From the NCBI GenBank assembly GCA_023301025.1, contig JALZUR010000024.1, positions 6,806-70,805 on the forward strand: a stretch of DNA of 64,000 nucleotides, read 5' to 3'. Both the position numbers and the translations under genes were made by a program. Each line of letters starts with the position of its first letter. Within the stretch, counting starts at the first letter, position 1. A model generated the notes under the pieces. The model was not told the origin of the DNA. It did not search any database and saw nothing but the letters and a program-made list of their open reading frames with translations. This document shows, piece after piece, positions 12,798 through 21,775 of the stretch. The stretch comes from Bdellovibrionales bacterium. Lineage in GTDB: Bacteria; Bdellovibrionota; Bdellovibrionia; Bdellovibrionales; UBA1609.

Positions 12798-13088
12798 ATG
12801 CACTCTGCTGATATTTTTAATTTTTATCTACTACCATTTTTAGTTGGGTTTTTAGCAGCTTTGTTTTTAGTAATTGCTAAATACGGCATTGCTAGCTTAG
12901 TCCTATATAAAAAAAATTACCTTTTTTGGGCACTAACAGTACTAATATGTGAAGTGAGTGTTTTTGTAACAGTTTATGTTGCGATTAATCATTTAAAGCT
13001 AGATGGCTTGAAATTTCTTGGTGGTTTTTTATTTGGGTTAGTGACATTGCTTTTATTTTGTGTCATTAAACATAAAAATAAACTTTAA
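12798..13088 (+). CDS. Small polytopic membrane protein, possible AtpI/AtpZ-type ATP synthase accessory protein
   Basis: 96 aa, about 3 hydrophobic helices. Abuts the previous stop and lies directly upstream of atpB; assignment rests on position only. Confidence 0.35.
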   Translation: MHSADIFNFYLLPFLVGFLAALFLVIAKYGIASLVLYKKNYLFWALTVLICEVSVFVTVYVAINHLKLDGLKFLGGFLFGLVTLLLFCVIKHKNKL

Positions 13089-13106
13089 AGGTATTTATTA
13101 TATCCT

Positions 13107-13796
13107 ATGGCTACATTTAATTGGACTCAGCTCATTCAAGGTGTCACTCACGATACTTCTCATGTTGCAACGACTGCAATTGGTTTTGGTGTTATGCTTG
13201 TGTTAGCAGTTGTTGGACGCATAGCGCTAGGGAGCGGGAATTCAGCAGTTGTCCCATCTAATAGGCTTGGGTTTAAAGGTTTTTTTGAGTGGAATATTGG
13301 CCTGGTGCGTGATCTAGGCTATGAGCTCATGGGAGACCAAGGCTTTAAAATGGCTCCTCTTTTTGCCACTCTCTTTTTCTTTATTTTTTTTAATAATATT
13401 GCAGGTCTTATACCTGGAATGACGCCTGCTACGGAAAACTTAAACACTACAATTGCCATCGGCCTTTTTAGCTTTATCACTTATAACGCCTTTGGAATCT
13501 ATGAGCATGGTCTAAGTTATCTTAAGCATTTTTTAGGACCTGTTTTGTATTTGGCCCCACTGATGTTACCTATTGAAATTATCTCTCATTTTTTTAGACC
13601 TATCAGTTTAGGTTTAAGGTTAAGAGGGAACATGATGGGTGATCATTTAGTTTTAGGAATTTTTACAGATCTACTTCCTCCCCCTGCAACTGTTATTTTT
13701 TATTTTATTGGTCTTTTTGTTTGTTTTATGCAGGCTTTTGTATTCACTATGATGTCGATGATTTATGTATCGATGTCTGTTTCACACGATCATTAA
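13107..13796 (+). CDS. atpB: F0F1 ATP synthase subunit a
   Basis: 229 aa polytopic. RPISLGLRLRGNMMGDH contains the conserved stator arginine motif. Confidence 0.92.
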   Translation: MATFNWTQLIQGVTHDTSHVATTAIGFGVMLVLAVVGRIALGSGNSAVVPSNRLGFKGFFEWNIGLVRDLGYELMGDQGFKMAPLFATLFFFIFFNNIAGLIPGMTPATENLNTTIAIGLFSFITYNAFGIYEHGLSYLKHFLGPVLYLAPLMLPIEIISHFFRPISLGLRLRGNMMGDHLVLGIFTDLLPPPATVIFYFIGLFVCFMQAFVFTMMSMIYVSMSVSHDH

Positions 13797-13886
13797 GATA
13801 GGTACTTCAGTTTAAAATATTATATAATTTAGAGTTTAGTTTAAAAATTTAGTTTAAAATTTAATTTAGAAAATAAGGAGAATTTA

Positions 13887-14216
13887 ATGAAATCAAGTAT
13901 CAAGGCATTGTCTATTATGGCTGCAACAACTCTAACATCTTCGCTTGCTTTTGGTGAAGAAGCTTATGCTGCTGCTAGTTCATCAGATGGAGGCACAGGT
14001 TTGATCGCTGTATCTGCAGGTTTAGGTCTTGCTATTGCCGTTATTGGTGGTGCACTTGCTCAGGGCAAAATCGGTGCTGCTGCAATGGAAGGTATTGCTA
14101 GAAATCCAAATGCACAAAAAAATATGTTTACACCAATGATTCTTGGCTTAGCCCTTGTAGAATCACTAGTGATCTACATGCTAGTAATTGCATTTTTACT
14201 ACAAATGAAAATCTAG
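13887..14216 (+). CDS. atpE: F0F1 ATP synthase subunit c with signal-peptide-like N-terminal extension
   Basis: C-terminal about 75 aa form a c-subunit hairpin (GALAQGKIGAAAMEGIARNPNAQ loop, carboxylate in LALVESLVIY). About 30 extra N-terminal residues (MKSSIKALSIMAATTLTSSLAFGEEAYA). AAGGAG RBS. Confidence 0.9.
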   Translation: MKSSIKALSIMAATTLTSSLAFGEEAYAAASSSDGGTGLIAVSAGLGLAIAVIGGALAQGKIGAAAMEGIARNPNAQKNMFTPMILGLALVESLVIYMLVIAFLLQMKI

Positions 14217-14221
14217 ATCTA

Positions 14222-14243
14222 TTTAAAAGAACTTTCTTTTAAA
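14222..14243. terminator. A/T-rich hairpin between convergent atpE and the S8 protease gene (possible bidirectional terminator)
   Basis: TTTAAAAGAA-CT-TTCTTTTAAA, a 10-nt inverted repeat. Weak because it is A/T only. Confidence 0.35.
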
Positions 14244-14262
14244 TATTTACTTTAAGAGTATC

Positions 14263-15846
14263 TCAAAACATTCGTTTTAAAATACTCGTTAAAAGTGGAA
14301 GTAAAAACATAAAGGTCACCATTAGTGGGTGGCCTTGTGATTTTTTAACACTACCATAACTCGTCTTAGAACTTACAGAAGAACAACCAGTGCTTGTTTG
14401 AGAAAGTCTAGTGTTAATAGCTGCTCCTTCTTCATTTGCTAAGATTTGATTTAACTCAAGAGTTGAGTCTGGGTTTAAATCCATAGGATTTAGTTCTTTA
14501 ATGTCTTCGTAATCTTTTACATAACTTAATGCTCTTTTTACATTCAAAAGCCTGTACTCAGTTTCATTTTGACCTTTATAATTCGTTAAATTTTTTGATG
14601 TCGATGTTTCAGTTAACGCTCTTAAAGCTTTAAAAGCGTTTATATCACTTTTATAACTCATAAGTAGTGCAAGAGAGCCTGTAACTAAAGGTGCTGACAT
14701 GCTTGTCCCACTAAAAGAGTCGTAGCTGTTATTTAGAGTTGTGTTTAACAAAGCCTCATCTAATCGCTCTTGCCCATCGCCACCAGGAGCTAAAAAATTA
14801 ACTTTTTCACCGTAATTAGAAAATGTTGAAAGTTGGTTTTTAGAGTTTATAGAAGAAACTGTAACCACTCCATTCATGGATGCTGGTGTTATTTGTGAGG
14901 CAGATTGATTGGTATTTCCTGCTGCAGCTACGATAACAACTTTTTTAGATAAAGCATAATTTATAAGTTCAAACTCTGCAGCTTCTGGTTCTTTTAGAGA
15001 ACCCCAACTTGCATTTACAATTTCGGCGCCATTGTCTATGGCATAGTAAATAGCTTTAAGAAGATCAGATAATGGTGTGGGATCAAGTGATTTAAAGCCT
15101 TTTACAGGCATAATCTCAATATTATTTTTAGCAATGCCATAAACTCCAACTTCATTGTTAAAAGTGGCTCCAATAAGTCCAGCAATGTGTGTTCCATGGT
15201 CGACATCAATAAAAATATCACTGTTTTGGGGTTTTGGATTATTGTCATCATCCGCAATATCGTAACCATAGATATCATCAACATAACCGTTAAGATCATC
15301 ATCAATACCACGCCTGCCATTTAATTCTGTCTGATTTGTCCAAATATTGTTTACAAGATCTTCATGCTCGATATCAACACCAGTGTCCACCACAGCTACA
15401 ACAATTTTTCTTTGTGTTGAAAAGTTCTCTATATCATCAGCATTAATATTAGATAGGTACCAGTTTTGAAATACAGCTAGAGAATCTGAACTTTCGATAA
15501 ATGGTTTAACAAAACAGTCTTGTTGAATAAAGCTAGGTTTGTAAGTTCTGTTAAATGTATTTATGTCTTTAGTTTCAATAACTAGAGTTTGCTCATCATT
15601 TGTATTAACAGATTCTTTATCTGTAGTATCTATAGTTTTAAGTATACTTGTATCTTTTAATAATTTTTTTTTTCTAACAATAGATTTTATGAGAAAAGTT
15701 TTATCAGTTGTTTTTTGCAGAGTATTTTGTGGATCTTTTATTTTTACTATGTACTGATCATTTACAACTTGATCAGCTTTACAAGTAGCATAAAGAGTTG
15801 AACTAAAAAAACAAGAACTAAGTATTATAATTAAAGAGTGCTTCAC
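14263..15846 (-). CDS. Secreted subtilisin-family (S8) serine protease with C-terminal hydrophobic anchor/sorting-like tail
   Basis: Signal peptide. Asp VAVVDTGVD, His DHGTHIAG, Ser SGTSMSAP. C-terminus ends in a TM-like segment LMVTFMFLLPLLTSIL followed by KRMF. Confidence 0.9.
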   Translation of the reverse strand: MKHSLIIILSSCFFSSTLYATCKADQVVNDQYIVKIKDPQNTLQKTTDKTFLIKSIVRKKKLLKDTSILKTIDTTDKESVNTNDEQTLVIETKDINTFNRTYKPSFIQQDCFVKPFIESSDSLAVFQNWYLSNINADDIENFSTQRKIVVAVVDTGVDIEHEDLVNNIWTNQTELNGRRGIDDDLNGYVDDIYGYDIADDDNNPKPQNSDIFIDVDHGTHIAGLIGATFNNEVGVYGIAKNNIEIMPVKGFKSLDPTPLSDLLKAIYYAIDNGAEIVNASWGSLKEPEAAEFELINYALSKKVVIVAAAGNTNQSASQITPASMNGVVTVSSINSKNQLSTFSNYGEKVNFLAPGGDGQERLDEALLNTTLNNSYDSFSGTSMSAPLVTGSLALLMSYKSDINAFKALRALTETSTSKNLTNYKGQNETEYRLLNVKRALSYVKDYEDIKELNPMDLNPDSTLELNQILANEEGAAINTRLSQTSTGCSSVSSKTSYGSVKKSQGHPLMVTFMFLLPLLTSILKRMF

Positions 15847-15882
15847 ACCCTCTTATCGGAGAGGAGTGAGTCGAATTACACT

Positions 15883-17265
15883 TTATAAATAAGAATGAAG
15901 GTCCAGATTTAATATTTTTGAAGAAAGAGAAATCAGTGAATTTAAGTCTTCATCTGTTTGAGCTTCAAACCTAAGAGTGATACTCGGTTGTGTGTTTGAA
16001 GATCGGACTAAAGTCCATCCTGTGGCAAAAGTAGATCTGATTCCGTCTAACTCATTAGTAGAAATAGCATGCTCTTTGATCTCTTTTTTATATAAATCAA
16101 CAAGTTCATGCTTTTTAATTTCACCAACTTCAATGCGTATCTCGGGTGATGAAATAGTTTTCGGGTAGTAGGAAAGTAAGCTTTCTAAAGAATCAACGTC
16201 TGATTTTTGTATAATTTCTATAAGTCTTAAACTGCAGTAGAGCGCATCATCAAAACCATAGTAACGATCATTAAAAAAAATGTGTCCACTGAATTCACCA
16301 CCAAAAGGAGACTGTTCATCTTTTACTTTTTTCTTAATGAGAGAATGACCTGTCTTCCACATTATAGGTTCTGCATTCCATAATTTTAAGAGTTTGTAGT
16401 ACTCATCAGAGCACTTAACGTCTCCAATAATTTTTGCTTTTGGGTGACTCTGCAGAACATCTTTTGCAAAAAGAGACATAAGTTCATCAGAGTAAATAGT
16501 TCTACCTTCTTTAGTAACAACAACAATTCTATCGGCATCACCGTCATAAGCAATTCCTAACTTGTAATCAGAGTCTTTAAGACTCTTTTTTAATTGGACC
16601 AGGTTTTTTTCAATAGTTGGATCTGGGTGATGATTTGGAAAGTCTCCATCGGGCTTTTCAAAAAGAACAAGTGGCTCAAGATTACAAGCTTTAAAAGCTT
16701 GGCGTGTGGCCGAACCAGCAGCTCCGTTTCCACAATCCACTACAAAAGAAAAAGGCTCTAGGTGAGAAAATTCTTTAGCTAACCTCTTAATGTATGGTGT
16801 GATGACATCAAAAACTTGTAAACTCCCTTTTGTCTTATCATTTGTTTTTGATAAATTTAAAAGAATATCTTTCAAGTTTTGAATTTCATCAGATGACAGG
16901 GATTTTTTATCTATAGTGATTTTAAAACCATTGTAGTCTGGTGGATTGTGACTGCCTGTAATCATGACTGAACCTGTAACAGTGTCATCATTAAAACATG
17001 AAAAGTATGATATAGGAGATGTTACTAAACCTATATCTAAAACATCAGCACCTTTACTGAGTAAGCCTTCAATCAATGAGTTTTTTAAAGGAATACTCGA
17101 GTGTCTTGCATCTACACCAACAGCAATTTTTAAAGGAATATTTAGTCGAGTTTTTGAAAATTCCACAATAGAACGACCAAGTTCTTTTGCAAAAGATGTG
17201 TCGTAATCAATGTTGTATTTTCCTCTGATGTCATACTCTCTAAAAATATCGTGATTAAAATTCAT
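15883..17265 (-). CDS. Phosphomannomutase/phosphoglucomutase
   Basis: TGSHNPPDYNGFK phosphoserine loop, AYDGDADR metal site, GGEFSGH sugar-binding loop. 4-nt overlap with the pdxA stop. Confidence 0.9.
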   Translation of the reverse strand: MNFNHDIFREYDIRGKYNIDYDTSFAKELGRSIVEFSKTRLNIPLKIAVGVDARHSSIPLKNSLIEGLLSKGADVLDIGLVTSPISYFSCFNDDTVTGSVMITGSHNPPDYNGFKITIDKKSLSSDEIQNLKDILLNLSKTNDKTKGSLQVFDVITPYIKRLAKEFSHLEPFSFVVDCGNGAAGSATRQAFKACNLEPLVLFEKPDGDFPNHHPDPTIEKNLVQLKKSLKDSDYKLGIAYDGDADRIVVVTKEGRTIYSDELMSLFAKDVLQSHPKAKIIGDVKCSDEYYKLLKLWNAEPIMWKTGHSLIKKKVKDEQSPFGGEFSGHIFFNDRYYGFDDALYCSLRLIEIIQKSDVDSLESLLSYYPKTISSPEIRIEVGEIKKHELVDLYKKEIKEHAISTNELDGIRSTFATGWTLVRSSNTQPSITLRFEAQTDEDLNSLISLSSKILNLDLHSYL

Positions 17266-18227
17266 AAGTTCTCATTTCGGTTAAGTAAGATTTTAGCAGT
17301 TGAATAGGCTTCAAGGATGCTTGTGGTTGTAGCGCAATTTTTATTGTATAGATCTTCACCTGTACCATGATTAACACTTGTTCTTACAAAAGGAAGACCA
17401 AGTGTTGTTTGACAGCCATTAAAGCCGTGAAGAAGTTTAAATGGTATTAATCCTTGATCATGATAGTTAGCAATTAAAAAAGAGTATTTTTCATAGCTAT
17501 CTTTAGAAAAAAAAGAATCAGCCGGTAATGGACCAAAAATCTGGTCATAACCTATTTTATCAGTATACATCTTTAAAACTTTTTTATGTACATGCTCTTC
17601 TGTTAAACCAATTTTACCATTTTCTCCTGCATGGGGATTAAAACCTAAAACTCCAATCGGTTTCTTAAAAGAAAAAATATCTTTGAATGAAGGAAGCAAA
17701 TCTAGAGCTTTAGTTAGCCGATCTTGTAAAATAGAATCAGTTACTTTTGATAAAGGAGTATGATCAGTAAGGAGTACACAGTTGTATATGTCTCCTAGAA
17801 AAGTCATAAAAAGTTCTGTGTCTTTAAAGTTATTTTTAAGATAACTAGTGTGTCCATTGATACTAGAGCTTTCAAATTGATCTTTTGACATAGGGCCTGT
17901 TACAACGGCTGAATGTTTTGAATTTCTAGATGCATAGTCGACAGCTGTTTTAAACCAATCATAAGGGTTTGATCGATCTTTTAAATAAAAATAAGTAGAA
18001 GAATTCAAATCTTGAGAAAGAGAATTTATGATATTTAACTTTGAAAAATCATTTGAAGTTTGCAAACAATAATTTTTTAACTCTGCTTCGTCACAAAAAA
18101 TGACTATCGTGGTTTTATCAGTATTTTTTATAAAAGCTTTAAAAGAAATCTCTAAACCAATCCCTTTTTTGTTTCCTGTCGTGATTAAAAATTGTTTTTG
18201 TTTAGACATGTACTCTTTAAAATTCAA
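17262..18227 (-). CDS. pdxA: 4-hydroxythreonine-4-phosphate dehydrogenase
   Basis: GFNPHAGENG, NYHDQGLIPFKLL, TSVNHGT motifs. Conserved surA-pdxA linkage. Confidence 0.9.
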   Translation of the reverse strand: MNFKEYMSKQKQFLITTGNKKGIGLEISFKAFIKNTDKTTIVIFCDEAELKNYCLQTSNDFSKLNIINSLSQDLNSSTYFYLKDRSNPYDWFKTAVDYASRNSKHSAVVTGPMSKDQFESSSINGHTSYLKNNFKDTELFMTFLGDIYNCVLLTDHTPLSKVTDSILQDRLTKALDLLPSFKDIFSFKKPIGVLGFNPHAGENGKIGLTEEHVHKKVLKMYTDKIGYDQIFGPLPADSFFSKDSYEKYSFLIANYHDQGLIPFKLLHGFNGCQTTLGLPFVRTSVNHGTGEDLYNKNCATTTSILEAYSTAKILLNRNENL

Positions 18228-19144
18228 GAGTTGATTCGAACAAAGTACTGACTTTTTATAGTTTTAGACCAAGCCTTAAACCTCTGTTTTATAAGCTCAT
18301 CGTAGAAAACCCTTTGAAGCTTTTGTATTTGAGGAGTATTAGGAATATTAAAACTCGTTTTTCTAGAATTGATATAAAACACTCTATAGCCATTTTGCTC
18401 TTTTAAAGCTTTTGTAACACTGCCTGATTGATATGTTTTGATTACATCTCTGAGTTGAGGTGAAAGTTCTGTGAGTCTGATTTCACCCAAAGATATGGCA
18501 TCAATGCCGTATTTCTTAGACTCTTCAAAGTAGCTTTTAAAGGTATTAGAATTTAACTTTAAAGTTAGATCACTAGCATCTTTGATAGTGAATGGAATAA
18601 AGATTTGATCTAAGTTGTAAATGTATGAGGTGGCAATTCCTTTTATGCTATTTGTTTTTAAATAGCTTACAAAATCTTCTTCATCAGGTCTAACTTGAGA
18701 TATAACATTACGTTCAATTGTGTTTCGAATAAGTGAAGACTCCCCAATAAATTTTTTGTAGGTGTTAAAATTTATACCTTGTGAAACTATTTGCTTTTCT
18801 AGTTCTTGCGCTGTCATATTGTTTTGTCTTGCAAGCTGAGCAATTTCATTTTTAATATAATTTTGTAAGGTAAGACTTCCTTTCTCTTTAGTTGATTGCG
18901 CAACTAAAAGCTTTTTTAAAATTAAAAAATCTAAAATTACCTTGCTACTTGCTTTCTTTTTTAGTCCAACAAGGTCGATTAGATTTTGGTTGATAAGTTT
19001 TTTTCCTGTAAGTCTTTTCTTAAATGAGGTGACTTCTGATTTTAAAATCATATGGCCTTCAACAACAGCTTCGACACGCTCTAAGAGCTTTGCCTCTACT
19101 TGTGTGGACATAAAAAAGAAAAGTAACAATATATATCTGTTCAT
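18224..19144 (-). CDS. surA: SurA-like periplasmic chaperone
   Basis: Signal peptide. SurA N-terminal domain-like sequence (VEAVVEGHMILKSEV ... ARQNNMTAQELEKQIVSQGINFNTYKKFI). C-terminal parvulin-like part is degenerate. Overlaps the pdxA start by 4 nt. Confidence 0.7.
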   Translation of the reverse strand: MNRYILLLFFFMSTQVEAKLLERVEAVVEGHMILKSEVTSFKKRLTGKKLINQNLIDLVGLKKKASSKVILDFLILKKLLVAQSTKEKGSLTLQNYIKNEIAQLARQNNMTAQELEKQIVSQGINFNTYKKFIGESSLIRNTIERNVISQVRPDEEDFVSYLKTNSIKGIATSYIYNLDQIFIPFTIKDASDLTLKLNSNTFKSYFEESKKYGIDAISLGEIRLTELSPQLRDVIKTYQSGSVTKALKEQNGYRVFYINSRKTSFNIPNTPQIQKLQRVFYDELIKQRFKAWSKTIKSQYFVRINS

Positions 19145-19198
19145 TTTGTAACTGCCTAGCTTTTAATATCTTAGTCTAAAATTAAAGGTAAAAATCAA

Positions 19199-20173
19199 TT
19201 ACTTTAGTTCTAAACCATAAATAGATTTTAGATCAATCTTAAGAGCTTTATTTTCTCTAAAATCACTTAATTTTTTCAAATATATTGCAGGTTTTTCAGT
19301 TGTTTTAGACATGAGCTTTGCTGGGACTATAATAGGTCGTTTAGAGGACTTTAAGAGCTTTATAATCACGTGACCCCAAGTTGTTTCAAAGGGCTTACTT
19401 AAGCCGCCAACGCTAAGTGCTGAGGCTTTTTCAAAAAGAGCCTCGTCATTTTTAGTGATCCAATCAGGGGCTTTTGTAGCTTTTCTAGAAAGTAGCATTT
19501 GATCAATTCTTTTTGGAAAGGCTTTTAACTCTTTATAGATATTTTGAGCTTCTACAGTTGAATCAAAAGATAAAATAGCCACTTGGTACTGCTGCTCTTT
19601 TTCATTAGAGTTTTGTATAGATACTTTATTTAAAGATGAGTTTTGGCTTGGCTGTGATGTTGTTGATAAGTTTGCATTATTTTTTGCTACAACATCAGAG
19701 TTTTGATCTCTTGTTTTATTTAGACTTTCACCATCTGTTAAATATAATCGTATTATTTTTTCTTTTAGAAGTTGGTTTTTGAATAATGCCTTCCACTCTT
19801 TTAACGACATGTTTGAATAGTTTAAAAAATATTCAAGCTCAATTTTAGGTAGGCCATTTGTTCTATTCTCGATCCATTCTTTTAGCTCTGCGTTTTTTAT
19901 AATAATATTGCGTTCATCAGCAATGTTTTGAATAAAGATATTCTCTAGTTCAACTTCTAAAGTTTTTTGCTTAATAGTTTTAAAAACATCTTTATCTTTT
20001 AGGTTAGAAACTAACTCTTTTCCAAAAAGTAAAAAACCTTGTTGTAGAATACTTTTTATAAATTTTGATTGGGTGATTTTCTTTTCATTAAAAACAATGA
20101 GTTCTTTATCTTGATTGGCTTGTCTGGAACATGCAGTGAACAGTAGTGAAATTAAAATAATTTGTTTTAACAT
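19199..20173 (-). CDS. SurA/PpiD-like lipoprotein with degenerate parvulin domain
   Basis: Lipobox FTAC. SurA_N-like helical region; C-terminal GGLSKPFETTWGHVIIKLL resembles the end of a parvulin fold. Confidence 0.55.
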   Translation of the reverse strand: MLKQIILISLLFTACSRQANQDKELIVFNEKKITQSKFIKSILQQGFLLFGKELVSNLKDKDVFKTIKQKTLEVELENIFIQNIADERNIIIKNAELKEWIENRTNGLPKIELEYFLNYSNMSLKEWKALFKNQLLKEKIIRLYLTDGESLNKTRDQNSDVVAKNNANLSTTSQPSQNSSLNKVSIQNSNEKEQQYQVAILSFDSTVEAQNIYKELKAFPKRIDQMLLSRKATKAPDWITKNDEALFEKASALSVGGLSKPFETTWGHVIIKLLKSSKRPIIVPAKLMSKTTEKPAIYLKKLSDFRENKALKIDLKSIYGLELK

Positions 20174-20246
20174 AACCTTAAAGTAATACGATTTACTTTA
20201 AGGTGTAAACAGAACTCATACACCTCAAATTGAGCAACGTGTCAGA

Positions 20247-21062
20247 TCACTGATAGTCAGGATCTAAGACTGTGGCTTTATACTTCTTTTTTAGGCCATT
20301 AAAGTAATTGTCAAAAACTTTGTATCTTTTCTTATTAAAAGCCGCAATTTTAAGTGCATCTTTATTTGCTCTAGCATAAGAGCGCTGCCCTGTCTTTTTA
20401 ATGATATGAAAGCCATAAATGCTTTGAACAGGTTTACTTATTTGGCCCATCGTAAGTCCTTTGAGGGCACGATAGTATCTTGGTTGAACACTTTCAGCAC
20501 TCTGGTAGCCGATATCGCCACGAAGCTTTTTTGTAGAGTTGTCATCTGAGTACATTCTAACATTAACTGACCATTTCTTTTTTTTAGTAATTATATCATT
20601 GTAAATTGTATCAGCCCTTTTTTTAGCATCAGCTATTTGTGCTTTAGTCGCTTCTATAGGGTATGAGATCATAATATGAGAAGAGCGCATAGTAGGATTT
20701 TTTTGGTAGTAGTCTTTCATGTCTTGATCTGTCACACGTATTTTCTCAACAGACTTTGCTAAATTAAGCTCAAGTAGACCTTTGTAAACTTGAAGATCAA
20801 TGGCTTTTCTTACAATTGGATTTTTAGCAATCTTTTTTTCTCTAGCTTCGGCAAGTCCAATGCGGTATCTGAGCATATCTTCTAGATGTTCTTTTTTAGT
20901 TGGCGGACGGTCAAGAGCCATAGAGTTTTCTAAAGCTTTAGCGTAGTTTTTTTTAAATTCAGTATCAGTTATTTTAATACTTCCAGCCTGAGCAATTACT
21001 TTAGCTTGAGTAGCCGTTGTGCAAAAAATTATTGTGTTAAATAGAATTACAAGTTTAAACAT
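20247..21062 (-). CDS. Parvulin-type peptidyl-prolyl cis-trans isomerase (PrsA/PpiC-like)
   Basis: Signal peptide. RSSHIMISYP ... GDIGYQ ... ISKPVQSIYGFHIIKKTG are typical rotamase motifs. Confidence 0.8.
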   Translation of the reverse strand: MFKLVILFNTIIFCTTATQAKVIAQAGSIKITDTEFKKNYAKALENSMALDRPPTKKEHLEDMLRYRIGLAEAREKKIAKNPIVRKAIDLQVYKGLLELNLAKSVEKIRVTDQDMKDYYQKNPTMRSSHIMISYPIEATKAQIADAKKRADTIYNDIITKKKKWSVNVRMYSDDNSTKKLRGDIGYQSAESVQPRYYRALKGLTMGQISKPVQSIYGFHIIKKTGQRSYARANKDALKIAAFNKKRYKVFDNYFNGLKKKYKATVLDPDYQ

Positions 21063-21088
21063 AGAATTGATCCCCTTCTTCTAGCATT

Positions 21089-21547
21089 TTAGCTCTTTTG
21101 GTCTAAGATACCTAGTGCTTTTTTATAATTTTTCGTTAAAGCAGCTTCAAAAGTCTCCAAGACCTCAGGGTCTCTAGGGTCTTGATCTCGTGTAAGCCCT
21201 TGCTGGACCAAATCTACATGGTAAACCACCTTAGAAAAAGGTTTAGGAACTCTTGTCTGGTCCCAGGTTTTTTTTAAGGTCCAAAAAGAGGAGCAAGAGG
21301 TGCCAATACTGTAAACATTTTTTTTGGTAATTCTAGAGATCTCTAGAATACCAGGTTTAGATTTTAGGGCAGGCCCCTTTGGGCCATCAACAGCGATGCT
21401 TGCACAGTAAACATCTTCGTTTAGACGTCTGATGAAAGATTTAAGTGCAGAAACAGAGTTATTTCTAGAAGATCCTCTTACTGTTTGTGAGCCAAAAAAG
21501 TTAAAAAATTGTGTAACAAGCTGTCCTTCTTTGCTGGCAGAAGTCAT
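21089..21547 (-). CDS. DUF374-family protein. The ATG-defined ORF is N-terminally truncated relative to the domain; the open frame continues to 21757.
   Basis: TSASKEGQLV ... VRGSSRNNSVSALKSFIRRL ... AVDGPKGPALKSKPG match the DUF374 pattern (S.DGE...RGSS...DGPRGP). See finding on the missing canonical start. Confidence 0.7.
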   Translation of the reverse strand: MTSASKEGQLVTQFFNFFGSQTVRGSSRNNSVSALKSFIRRLNEDVYCASIAVDGPKGPALKSKPGILEISRITKKNVYSIGTSCSSFWTLKKTWDQTRVPKPFSKVVYHVDLVQQGLTRDQDPRDPEVLETFEAALTKNYKKALGILDQKS

Positions 21548-21775
21548 ACCTAAAACTTTAAATATTTTAATAAAGTATAAAATTGTTATTATATCTCGGT
21601 GATAAACAGCTAGCAGAAAAGAGGACTTTTTTTCAAGTTCTTGTCTAAAAGACTCAGAAAAGACAACTTTTTTTCTGAGTGTTAAAAAGTAAAGTCTAAA
21701 TACAGTAACAAGTATATAGACTAAAAATGGGTTGGCTTTTTTTGAAGTTTTAATCAGTTACCAGCTGTGTTTAAT

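Noticed and set aside
13840-13855. The 16-nt string TTTAAAAATTTAGTTT in the atpE leader is identical to 62080-62095 in the clpX leader. Both leaders also have several TTTAG repeats.
   Set aside because: The sequence is pure low-complexity A/T. A rough estimate gives about one or more chance 16-mer matches in 64 kb of this composition. It is probably just A/U-rich translation-enhancing leader sequence, not a shared regulatory element.
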